Origin: Chloroflexota bacterium
Lineage (GTDB): Bacteria; Chloroflexota; Dehalococcoidia; JACPPY01
NCBI GenBank assembly: GCA_040754215.1
Contig: JBFMDE010000001.1
Span: forward strand, 18,656-72,197
Direction of reading: 5' to 3'
Length of the DNA stretch: 53,542 nucleotides
Shown here: positions 19,549-27,825 of the stretch, piece after piece
Position numbering within the stretch: position 1 is the stretch's first letter
Layout: each line of letters starts with the position of its first letter
Program-made: the position numbers and the translations under genes
Notes under the pieces: generated by a model
The model's input: only the letters and a program-made list of their open reading frames with translations
Databases searched by the model: none
What the model was told of the DNA's origin: nothing

Positions 19549-19615
19549 TATCGTCAACCTCCTTTCCTCCATGTGACCTAACCCCTGTTTTACCATCGTC
19601 AACCTCCTTTCCTCC
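19526..19615. repeat. 45-bp tandem duplication (2 copies) of the SD + start-codon region of the binding-protein gene
   Basis: 19526-19570 versus 19571-19615: 38/45 identical, including a perfect 22-mer (atcgtcaacctcctttcctcca). All 7 differences are transitions. Confidence 0.9.
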
Positions 19616-19651
19616 AGTCCAGCGATATGCCACGTCGCGTCCCAGGCAATT

Positions 19652-20692
19652 CTAGTGTGCCCAGGGATGCAGCCGGTATGAAGCCTTAAAGATCTCCCAG
19701 CGATGTGCCAATCCTCTAGGCTCGAAGATGAGGAACAGCAGTATGATCAAGCTGAACACCAGGATTTCGAGAGCAGAGAGCAGGTTCCCGGAGAGAGCAG
19801 GGACCATGGTACCCAATGTGGGTGCCACAAGCTGTGTCAGGTACTCGACCACCCTGATGAACACCACGCCGAAGATAGTGCCCGCGATCGAGCCCATCCC
19901 TCCGACCACGATCATGCCCAAGAGCCACACCGACTCAAGCAGGGTATAGTGTTCAACGGAAGCCAGGCCCATGTAGGTGGCCCACAGTGCCCCGGCAACG
20001 CCGGCGAAGAAGCAACCGATGAAGAAGGCGAGAAGCTTGTAGCGGAAGATGTCGATGCCCATGACCTCGGCGGCGATGTCGTTGTCCCGGATGGCGATGA
20101 AGGCACGGCCCACACGGGTGCGCACGATGTTCTTGGCCAAGAAGGTAAACAGGATGACGGAGACGAGGGCGATGTAGTAGAAGCTCCTATCAGTGGCGAA
20201 TACGAGTGGACCCAGGGAGGGTGGTTTCACATGGACACCCGTATCCCCGCCGAAGAAGTGGACGAGGACGAAGTGGATGATGAACTGCGCTGCGAGCGTG
20301 GCCAATGCCAGGTAGAGGCCCTTGACCCTCAGCGAGGGAATGCCGAAGAACAACCCGACGAGCCCGGCGGTGATGCCGGCTATGGGGACGGCGAACCAGA
20401 AGGGTATTTGGAACCTGCTGATGAGGATGCCCGCGCTAAAGGCGCCGACGCCCATGAAGGCTGCCTGCCCGATGGAGATCTGGCCACAGAAACCGGTCAG
20501 GATATTGAGTCCTAGCGCAGCGATGATGCCCACGCTGATATAGATTGCGAGGTATATATACTCCGCTGGCAGGAACAGGGGCAGGGCGAACAGCAAAAGG
20601 AGGAAGGCGACGAGTATGCCCCACTGCAGGTTGGTGCGGACGACGGCCATGTCCTGAGCATAGGTCCTGTTGAACGTTCCACAAGGCAGCAT
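19652..20692 (-). CDS. LIV-family ABC permease (LivM-type)
   Basis: 346-aa polytopic membrane protein. GQISIGQAAFMGVGAF motif typical of HAAT-family permeases. Confidence 0.85.
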   Translation of the reverse strand: MLPCGTFNRTYAQDMAVVRTNLQWGILVAFLLLLFALPLFLPAEYIYLAIYISVGIIAALGLNILTGFCGQISIGQAAFMGVGAFSAGILISRFQIPFWFAVPIAGITAGLVGLFFGIPSLRVKGLYLALATLAAQFIIHFVLVHFFGGDTGVHVKPPSLGPLVFATDRSFYYIALVSVILFTFLAKNIVRTRVGRAFIAIRDNDIAAEVMGIDIFRYKLLAFFIGCFFAGVAGALWATYMGLASVEHYTLLESVWLLGMIVVGGMGSIAGTIFGVVFIRVVEYLTQLVAPTLGTMVPALSGNLLSALEILVFSLIILLFLIFEPRGLAHRWEIFKASYRLHPWAH

Positions 20693-20693
20693 G

Positions 20694-21578
20694 TCACACC
20701 CTCTCTATTCTCTTCCAGCCGAAGAGGCCGTATGGTCGAATCATCAGGACAAGTATGAGCACCACAAAGGCAGTAACATCCCTCATCCCACCACCAACCA
20801 GGGGGTCGAGGTAGCCAGCCGAGATGCCCTCCATGGCGCCGATGAGGGGACCAGCAATGAGTACACCACCTACGGACTCGAGACCTCCGGCGAGCACGAC
20901 GGCGATGGCCCTGAGGCCGATGCCTACAGCGCTGTAGTGGACACCGGTGATGGAGGTGAGAAGGATGCCGCCGGTGGCGGAGACCAGGGCGGCGATGGCC
21001 CAGGCCATGGCCAGTACCATGGTGACCCTGACGCCAACGCTCTGGGATGCCTGTTGGTCGTCGGCCACGGCCATCATGGACAGCCCGCGCTGGGAGTAGC
21101 GGAAGAAGAGAAAGAGCACGGCGAAGAGCACTACCGAGACCAGCACGAAGAAGAGGTGGGCATAGGAGATGGAGACGCCGAGGAAATCGACTCCGCCCAG
21201 GGGAAAGAGGCGTGGCAGTGATAGCGTATCAGGGCCCCAGACCAGGATCATGATGCCGCGGAGCAGGCCGGCTACTGCCAGGGTGACCAGGATAACGGCC
21301 AATATCGGCTGACCGATGAGGGGCCGCATCACGAGTCTCTCTACGAGGAAGCCGAGGCCAATAGCCAGGAGAAGGGTCCCGACTATGCCGACCCCGGCAG
21401 GCAGTCCGGCCTGGGCAGACAGGGCATAGAACATGTAGGCGCCGATGATGACCAGCTCACCCTGTGCCAGATTAAGGACGCCGGAGCATTTATAGATGAG
21501 GACAAAGCCGAGAGCGATGAGGGCGTACACGAAGCCGGTCATGACCCCCGGGATGAGGTAACTCAGCATCTCGCTCAT
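20694..21578 (-). CDS. LIV-family ABC permease (LivH-type)
   Basis: 294-aa polytopic protein. GVLNLAQGELVIIGAY motif. Stop and the next start are adjacent (TGAcATG). Confidence 0.85.
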   Translation of the reverse strand: MSEMLSYLIPGVMTGFVYALIALGFVLIYKCSGVLNLAQGELVIIGAYMFYALSAQAGLPAGVGIVGTLLLAIGLGFLVERLVMRPLIGQPILAVILVTLAVAGLLRGIMILVWGPDTLSLPRLFPLGGVDFLGVSISYAHLFFVLVSVVLFAVLFLFFRYSQRGLSMMAVADDQQASQSVGVRVTMVLAMAWAIAALVSATGGILLTSITGVHYSAVGIGLRAIAVVLAGGLESVGGVLIAGPLIGAMEGISAGYLDPLVGGGMRDVTAFVVLILVLMIRPYGLFGWKRIERV

Positions 21579-21771
21579 ACTTCCTCCTCAACTCTCTCGA
21601 CTCTGACTCCCGATTCGGAGTAGTTAATCGGCTGTCGCAGCTACTACGCTGAGCTCGGTTGGCCAGTCCTGACGACCGTTCGAGCCTGTGTTGCCATAGG
21701 TACAGACAAGAGCTGCTTGCCACCATGGGACAGTACGGTCGGCGCGCGAGGTAAAAGGGTGCCCCTTGCTT

Positions 21772-22335
21772 CTATCGCTGAAGGGTAAGGGAGAATTTGG
21801 TGTCCAGTCGCTTGCCCTCGCCCACCACATAGGCCATACCCGCAGCGCTCCAGGTCGTCTTGGGGTCTACTGCGTCCCAGACGGGTTTCATCGCGTCAAC
21901 GGGGAGCACGCCGCCAGTGTTCTTCCATACCGGTAGCACTGTCTTCAGCGCGTCTGCCTGCGTCATGCCACTCCCGATCATCAGATTCGCCAGCATGTTG
22001 GAGAATGGCACGTTGATGGCTCCGGACAGCGCCAGCTCACCCCCCGCCGGGATGTAGTAGTCGTTCGGAATTTGCGCTGCGCCAATGCTGAGGCCATTGC
22101 AGACGAGACTGAATTCGAAGGAGTCCAGCTTGACCTCTACGTTGCTGGGGTTCTTGAGCTTGAAGTCGGCCTGCAGGGTTATGCTTTCCTTGCCCCCGAA
22201 GAGGGTGTAGACGTCGGCCAAACTCACTTCGGCAGGTTTCACCTCCACAGGAGTAGCTTTCCCTCCTGCACAGGCAGCCAGTCCCAGCGTCGAGACCACC
22301 ACGATGATTGCAACTACCAGGAAGCACTTGCGCAT
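21772..22335 (-). CDS. Lipoprotein with LEA_2/LEA14-like (WHy-type) beta-sandwich domain
   Basis: Lipobox LGLAAC. FKLKNPSNVEVKLDSFEFSLVCNGLSIG...IPAGGE resembles the LEA14-like pattern. ATG 22335 is 6 nt after AGGAGG. Confidence 0.5.
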   Translation of the reverse strand: MRKCFLVVAIIVVVSTLGLAACAGGKATPVEVKPAEVSLADVYTLFGGKESITLQADFKLKNPSNVEVKLDSFEFSLVCNGLSIGAAQIPNDYYIPAGGELALSGAINVPFSNMLANLMIGSGMTQADALKTVLPVWKNTGGVLPVDAMKPVWDAVDPKTTWSAAGMAYVVGEGKRLDTKFSLTLQR

Positions 22336-22389
22336 CCCTGTCCTCCTTTCCCTGGCATAGTTGGCCAATCTGAGGTTTGGTTGTCATAG

Positions 22390-22418
22390 ACGATACCACC
22401 GGTAGAACATGATGTCAA
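22390..22418 (-). promoter_or_regulatory. Sigma70-type promoter for the LEA-like lipoprotein gene
   Basis: Minus strand: TTGACA (22418-22413), 17-nt spacer, TGgTATCGT (-10 at 22395-22390). Confidence 0.5.
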
Positions 22419-22525
22419 TAGTAGCTTCCGACATTGCTTGGCCAGAAGCGGTAGAACCACGTCAAGTGCATGTACTAATCCGACTCAAGCATAACAGTCC
22501 AGCATCAAATCTCCGTCGTCCTTTC

Positions 22526-22554
22526 TTGACGTACAGTGAGGTGGCTGCTACACT
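22526..22554 (+). promoter_or_regulatory. Sigma70-type promoter for dedA-PHP, placing the TSS at or next to the ATG (leaderless)
   Basis: TTGACG (22526-22531), 17-nt spacer, TACACT (22549-22554). The ATG begins 9 nt after the -10. Confidence 0.5.
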
Positions 22555-22562
22555 CGCTCGAT

Positions 22563-23192
22563 ATGGCCAGCATCGAACAGGCGATATTGTCTTTCGTCCA
22601 GCAGGCCTATACGCTGATGGGGTGGCCCGGGGTTGTGCTGCTCATGGCCATTGAAAGCGCCTGCATACCGCTGCCCAGCGAGATAGTCATGCCGCTAAGC
22701 GGTTGGATGTTGATAAAGGAGGCAGGGCTTGGCGTCGGCTATACCGTGGTCGCAGCCTTTGCCGGTGCTCTGGGCAACACCCTGGGTTCTGTCGCGGCCT
22801 ACTGGGTCGGGTGGAAGGGGGGGCGTGTGTTCCTGGAGAGATATGGCAGGTTTTTGCTCATCTCTCACCACGACCTGGAGCGTGCCGATGCCTGGTTTGC
22901 CAGGTACGGCCACCAGACGGCCTTCTTCTCCCGTCTCCTGCCAGTGGTGCGCACCTTCATTAGCCTTCCGGCCGGCATCGCCAGAATGCCGCTGTTCAAG
23001 TTCACTGCCTACACCTTTGCCGGCTCCTTTCTGTGGTCGTGGGCCCTGGCATACGGCGGTTTCCTTCTCGGACAACACTGGGAGAAGATAAGAGCCGTGA
23101 TGCGCCCCTTCGACATCCCGATCGTCATCGCTGTTGTGGTTTTCGTGGTATGGTTCGTTGTTCATCGCTTGAGACAGAGGTCACCTTCATAG
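22563..23192 (+). CDS. DedA-family membrane protein
   Basis: VLLMAIESACIPLPSEIVMPLSG and SRLLPVVRTFISLPAGIARMP are typical DedA/SNARE-associated motifs. Confidence 0.85.
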   Translation: MASIEQAILSFVQQAYTLMGWPGVVLLMAIESACIPLPSEIVMPLSGWMLIKEAGLGVGYTVVAAFAGALGNTLGSVAAYWVGWKGGRVFLERYGRFLLISHHDLERADAWFARYGHQTAFFSRLLPVVRTFISLPAGIARMPLFKFTAYTFAGSFLWSWALAYGGFLLGQHWEKIRAVMRPFDIPIVIAVVVFVVWFVVHRLRQRSPS

Positions 23193-23193
23193 C

Positions 23194-23859
23194 ATGACAC
23201 CCTGCAAATATGGCTTTGCCGACCTGCACATACACACCAGGTTCAGCGACGGCATAGCTGAGCTCTCTGAAGTGTTGGAGCACGTCCAGTTGCACACTAA
23301 TCTGGACGTGATAGCCATCACCGACCATGACTCCTTCAGAGGTGCCTGGCTGGCCCGGGAACTGGCAGCCAAGGACGACTATCGTTTTCAGGTAGTTCCA
23401 GGGATGGAGGTGTCCACCATGGAGGGCCACCTGCTGGTACTTTTCCTCGAAAACCCGGTCTCAAGCTATGAGTCCCTACGACATACGATCGAGGCGACCC
23501 ATGCCCAGGGCGGCATCTGCGTTGTGCCGCATCCCATGAGCCGCCAGCGGGATAGCATCGACAGGAAGACCATCGAGGGTCTACTGGCTTCTGGAGATGA
23601 GAACGTCCATCTCGACGGATTAGAGATACTGGACCCTCACGCCGCTCGAATCATGTGTCTGGAGGATGTGGAGGCCCTCAACAGGGAGTGTTATCACCTC
23701 GCCGAACTGGGCAATAGCGACGGCCATGCCCTCTCGGTCATCGCATCCAGGTACACGGTCTTTTGCGGCAGGACTATCCAAGACCTCCGGGAGAGCATCC
23801 GCAGCCGCAGAACCCGAGGATGGACCGGTCCCTTCACTGGCTTTGCCAACGACCTCTAG
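23194..23859 (+). CDS. PHP-domain metal-dependent phosphoesterase (paralogue of 528-1178)
   Basis: FADLHIHTRFSDG, AITDHD, VVPHP, and GNSDGH motifs. Starts 1 nt after the dedA stop. Confidence 0.8.
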   Translation: MTPCKYGFADLHIHTRFSDGIAELSEVLEHVQLHTNLDVIAITDHDSFRGAWLARELAAKDDYRFQVVPGMEVSTMEGHLLVLFLENPVSSYESLRHTIEATHAQGGICVVPHPMSRQRDSIDRKTIEGLLASGDENVHLDGLEILDPHAARIMCLEDVEALNRECYHLAELGNSDGHALSVIASRYTVFCGRTIQDLRESIRSRRTRGWTGPFTGFANDL

Positions 23860-24401
23860 GGTGTAAGGAAGGACTCGACCGTCCGGAGGACCTCTTTCTT
23901 GCTGGAGAAGGCACCCACCTTTGTTCGGCGCACTATGCCCTCTCCATCAATGATGACCGTATGGGGCAGGTAGTATACATTGTACTGTTCCGCCACCTTA
24001 CCGCTCTGGTCGAGCACCACCGGGAAGGTGTACCCGTTGTCCTTGATGAATTTCTCTACTACTGCCCTGCTCTCCTTGATATTCACCGCCAGCACTATCA
24101 GCCCTGATGACTCCTTCTCGGCGTACGCAGCCTGCAACAGAGGCATCTCCTCCCGACAGGCCGGACACCACGTGGTCCAGAAGTTAAGCAGCACCGTCTT
24201 GCCTCTCAACTCGCTGAGGGTAACAGTGTCGCCAGCGATTGTGGGCAGTGTGAAGTCAATGGCCAGTTCGCCTTTGGCTTCGGTGGTTATGCTCGGCCCG
24301 CTGGCTGGACCGGAGCGGCAAGCGGAGATCAAGGGTAATGCCAACAGCAACGCTGTCAAGCAGAGCATTATGGCGCGGAACAGGGTAGGGCAGTCTCTCA
24401 T
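23856..24401 (-). CDS. TlpA/ResA-like thiol-disulfide oxidoreductase lipoprotein
   Basis: Lipobox LISAC. Thioredoxin-fold motif NFWTTWCPACREEMP. Confidence 0.85.
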   Translation of the reverse strand: MRDCPTLFRAIMLCLTALLLALPLISACRSGPASGPSITTEAKGELAIDFTLPTIAGDTVTLSELRGKTVLLNFWTTWCPACREEMPLLQAAYAEKESSGLIVLAVNIKESRAVVEKFIKDNGYTFPVVLDQSGKVAEQYNVYYLPHTVIIDGEGIVRRTKVGAFSSKKEVLRTVESFLTP

Positions 24402-24402
24402 A

Positions 24403-25134
24403 TCAAGCTATGACTCCACTCAGGCGGCCAAGCTGACCGCTGAGCATGAGCACACCTAGAGCAATGAGCATGATGCCACCGACCACGGACACGATTCTCA
24501 TGTGACGGTTGAGTGCCCTCAGATACTTCATCGCTGGCACCAGGGCCAGGGACACCGCCATGAAGGGTAGCCCCAGTCCCAGGCAGTACACAAGGAGCAG
24601 AAGGATACCCTGCCACGCGGTCTGTGAACTCCATGCCAGGGTCAGTATCCCGGCCAGGACCGGTCCCACGCAGGGGGTCCATCCCAGCGCAAACGCTGTC
24701 CCTAGAAAGAGGGAGCGGAGGTAGCCTGGCAACTTGCCGACGCCGATGCGAGCGTGTGCTTCCTTGTATAGCAGGGGTACCCTGAGAATCCCTGTCATTG
24801 TGATACCAGCAAGGATCAGGAAGGCACCTCCGACCATGCGTAAGATGTTCAGATGTCCTGAGTCCAGCCAGCCAAGAAGCCCGGCGAGAGCTCCCAGCGA
24901 GATGAAGACCACGGAGAACCCTGTGACAAAGGCCAGCGCCTGGAAGAATGTGCTGCGGTCGGGCTGAGATTCAGGGGTCATCACGGCGGAGCCAGCCAGA
25001 TTGCCGATGTATACCGGTACCAGGGGCAGGACACAGGGTGAGACGAACGAGAGTACCCCGGCGACGAAAGCTACTAAAGGGGTGAGAGTGTCCAAACCGC
25101 AACCCCACAGACGGCTTTCGAGTGAGAACGGCAT
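24403..25134 (-). CDS. ccdA: Cytochrome c biogenesis / thiol-reductant transfer protein CcdA (DsbD core)
   Basis: SPCVLPLVPVY and TPCVGPVL paired Cys-Pro motifs in a six-TM protein. Confidence 0.85.
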   Translation of the reverse strand: MPFSLESRLWGCGLDTLTPLVAFVAGVLSFVSPCVLPLVPVYIGNLAGSAVMTPESQPDRSTFFQALAFVTGFSVVFISLGALAGLLGWLDSGHLNILRMVGGAFLILAGITMTGILRVPLLYKEAHARIGVGKLPGYLRSLFLGTAFALGWTPCVGPVLAGILTLAWSSQTAWQGILLLLVYCLGLGLPFMAVSLALVPAMKYLRALNRHMRIVSVVGGIMLIALGVLMLSGQLGRLSGVIA

Positions 25135-25155
25135 TCGAGGACGTAAAGCGGCATC

Positions 25156-25986
25156 CTATGGCGTCTCCTCCCTGTCGCTAGTGCCCTCACTCTGCGCCGT
25201 TGTACTCGCCTCTGCCTTCACCCAGCGTGTCCTGGCCGCCAGTAGCGGCACAGTCACCAGCAGGACCAACAATGAGATGACCTGGGCCTGCATCAGCCAA
25301 CCCCACAGCAGGGTCCCTTGTGAGCCCGGGTCGCGCGTCGCGGTGATGAAGAACCTGCCCGCCGAATACAGGGCCAGATAGAGCAGGAACAATGAACCCT
25401 CTGGCTTCAGCTTCCCCTGCAACTTCCAGATGACGCCGAAGAGGACGAGGTCATAGATAAGCTCATAGACCACCGCAGGTTCAGTCGGCACACCAAGGGG
25501 TGCAAAGGAGTTGGGATGGGTGTAGACCAGGCCCCAAGGGCTGGAGGTGGGGGCACCGTAACAACAGCCGTTTATCACACAACCCACCCTGCCCACAGCC
25601 TGTGCCAGCAGCGCACCCGGAGCGACCAGGTCTGCCAGAGGGGCGAAGGAGAAACGGTGCACCTTACTGGCTATCCACAGGGCCAGGGCGGCACCCAGTA
25701 TTGCCCCGTATACGGCTGTCCCCTGGAAGCCGATAATCTGACCAGGGTTGGCCAGGTAGTAGTCCAGCTGGTCAATGACGTGTACCATGCGGGCCCCGAC
25801 GAGGCCTCCTATGATGGACCAGATGGCAGCGACATAGATGAAGTCTGTGGGGAACTTCGCCCGTCTGGCTGCCCAGAGCGCCCAACCTACAACCACGACT
25901 ACAGCAAGGGCTGTCGTGATGCTGTACCACCTCACCGAGACGCTGCCTATGGAAAAGGCCACCGGGTCTATGCCTATGGGTATCAT
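25156..25986 (-). CDS. lgt: Prolipoprotein diacylglyceryl transferase
   Basis: VRWYSITTALAV, GARMVH, RVGCVINGCCYG, and LYSAGRFF motifs. Confidence 0.9.
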   Translation of the reverse strand: MIPIGIDPVAFSIGSVSVRWYSITTALAVVVVVGWALWAARRAKFPTDFIYVAAIWSIIGGLVGARMVHVIDQLDYYLANPGQIIGFQGTAVYGAILGAALALWIASKVHRFSFAPLADLVAPGALLAQAVGRVGCVINGCCYGAPTSSPWGLVYTHPNSFAPLGVPTEPAVVYELIYDLVLFGVIWKLQGKLKPEGSLFLLYLALYSAGRFFITATRDPGSQGTLLWGWLMQAQVISLLVLLVTVPLLAARTRWVKAEASTTAQSEGTSDREETP

Positions 25987-26939
25987 GTCTTTGTCCCAGT
26001 CTGGGCAGAGTCACGTGGTTGGACACCTTCCTCGGGAATGAATAGTGCGTCCACGAATGCCTCGGGGTCGAAGGGCGCGATATCGTCAACGCCCTCGCCG
26101 GTGCCGATGAACAGCAGGGGCAGGTTCAACTGGTCACAGATGGCCAGTACGACCCCCCCCTTGGCTGTCCCGTCCAGCTTGGATAGGAATATCCCTGTCA
26201 GCTCCACCGTTTCAGTGAAATACTTAGCCTGTGTCAGGCCGTTTTGCCCTGTGGTGGCATCGAGGACCAGGATGACCTCCAGTACAGTCGCGCCAGCACG
26301 CGAGGCGACGCGCTTCATCTTCTTGAGCTCCTCCATCAGGTTGAACTTGGTGTGGAGGCGACCGGCAGTGTCCACAATCACCACACCTGTCTTTCTGCTC
26401 AGCGCTGCCTGGAGTGCATCGAAGACCACAGCGCCGGGGTCGCCGCCTGGCTGGTGTGCGACCACTTCAACCCCAACGCGTCTTCCCCAGGCCTGCAGTT
26501 GTTCTACCGCCGCTGCCCTGAAGGTGTCGCCGGCTGCCAGAAGCACGCTCTTACCCTCACCCTTGTAGTGACGTGCCAGCTTGGCGATGCTGGTGGTCTT
26601 GCCGGAACCGTTGACACCTACCACCATGATGACGAGTGGGCCCTGATACCCTGCCAGGGGCGCCGGGCGTATGTTCAGCATCCGCACCATCTCTTGTTTG
26701 AGTGCCGTGCGTAGTTGAAGCGGGTCATTCAGGCCTTCTTTTCGGGTCCTCTCCCGGACCAGCGTGATCAGCTTCCCCGCTGTGGTAACACCAACATCGG
26801 CGGAGATGAGCAACTCTTCAAGCTCCTCCCACAGGGCATCGCTGACCTTGGCGCGTTCGAAGAGACGTGTCACCTTGCCGAACCAGCTATCTCTGGTCCG
26901 TTGTACTGCGTTGTGTGTCTTCTCGAACAGCCCTAACAA
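25983..26939 (-). CDS. ftsY: Signal recognition particle receptor FtsY
   Basis: VGVNGSGKTTSIAKLA, DTAGRLH and TKLDGTAKGG GTPase motifs. Overlaps the lgt start by 4 nt. Confidence 0.95.
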   Translation of the reverse strand: MLGLFEKTHNAVQRTRDSWFGKVTRLFERAKVSDALWEELEELLISADVGVTTAGKLITLVRERTRKEGLNDPLQLRTALKQEMVRMLNIRPAPLAGYQGPLVIMVVGVNGSGKTTSIAKLARHYKGEGKSVLLAAGDTFRAAAVEQLQAWGRRVGVEVVAHQPGGDPGAVVFDALQAALSRKTGVVIVDTAGRLHTKFNLMEELKKMKRVASRAGATVLEVILVLDATTGQNGLTQAKYFTETVELTGIFLSKLDGTAKGGVVLAICDQLNLPLLFIGTGEGVDDIAPFDPEAFVDALFIPEEGVQPRDSAQTGTKT

Positions 26940-26943
26940 ATCC

Positions 26944-27744
26944 TCAACCTCTTCGCCCGGCTTCGCAGGACTGATGCAACTCTCTGAAGACCTCGGCGGT
27001 CATTTTTTCCAGCACAGACCTGAGGGGACGGAGCGGGCTGGCCACGAGCGGAGTCACCGAGACCATCTTGCGTTCCACTGCCCAGTGGTCCGTGTCCTCT
27101 CGGGCATGCCACTGTGCCATTCCCCTGGCGATCCAGTAGTACTTCCTCCTCCCATCGTGTCCCTCCTGAATTTCGTCTGCATAGGAGCGCCCGGCCAGCC
27201 GTGTAACCCGCACATCCTGGATTTCCCTCAGCGGCACGTTGGGCAGGTTGACGTTGAGCAGTATCTTCCCGGGCAAAGAGCCGTTCTTGATACGGGTGGC
27301 AAGCAGGCCAGCCACCATTGCAGCAGTCCCGAAGTCGGAGACCTGCGGTGCCCCCACCGAGATGCTGATGGCGGAGATGCCATAGAAGTACCCCTGGAGG
27401 GCAGCGCCCACCGTGCCAGAAATGAAGACATCGTCGCCGAGATTGGCACCTTCGTTGATCCCGGAGACGACCAGGTCTGGCATACCATCCACGAGTGGCA
27501 GACGCAATGCCAGGATGATGCTGTCTGCTGGTGTTCCCTCCACGGAGTACGCCTCAACGCCTGACACGTCCGAGTCTTCCTTCTTCAGGCGCAGCGGCTG
27601 GTGAAAGGTAACGGAGGTGCCGACGCCGCTCTGCTCACGGTCTGGAGCGACCACGGTGACTCTTGCCCTGGTGCTCAGCTCTCGGGCTGCTGCCCATAAG
27701 CCGGGTGAGCGTATCCCGTCGTCATTGCTCAGCAGTATCCTCAC
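26944..27744 (-). CDS. surE: 5'/3'-nucleotidase SurE
   Basis: MRILLSNDDGIRSPG N-terminus, GINEGANLGDDVFISGTVGAA. Confidence 0.9.
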   Translation of the reverse strand: MRILLSNDDGIRSPGLWAAARELSTRARVTVVAPDREQSGVGTSVTFHQPLRLKKEDSDVSGVEAYSVEGTPADSIILALRLPLVDGMPDLVVSGINEGANLGDDVFISGTVGAALQGYFYGISAISISVGAPQVSDFGTAAMVAGLLATRIKNGSLPGKILLNVNLPNVPLREIQDVRVTRLAGRSYADEIQEGHDGRRKYYWIARGMAQWHAREDTDHWAVERKMVSVTPLVASPLRPLRSVLEKMTAEVFRELHQSCEAGRRG

Positions 27745-27825
27745 GTCCTGTCAGTCCTCGGCCACATTGGGATAGTCTATCATGTGCCCTGGGATGCGGC
27801 AAACGGCACGTGGGTCACAGGTGGG

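Noticed and set aside
19703-21221. Acidic/Gly-rich plus-strand ORFs (19703-20515 and 20670-21221)
   Set aside because: They are antisense to the livM- and livH-type permease genes. Their low-complexity D/E/G/H-rich translations mirror the hydrophobic codons on the other strand.
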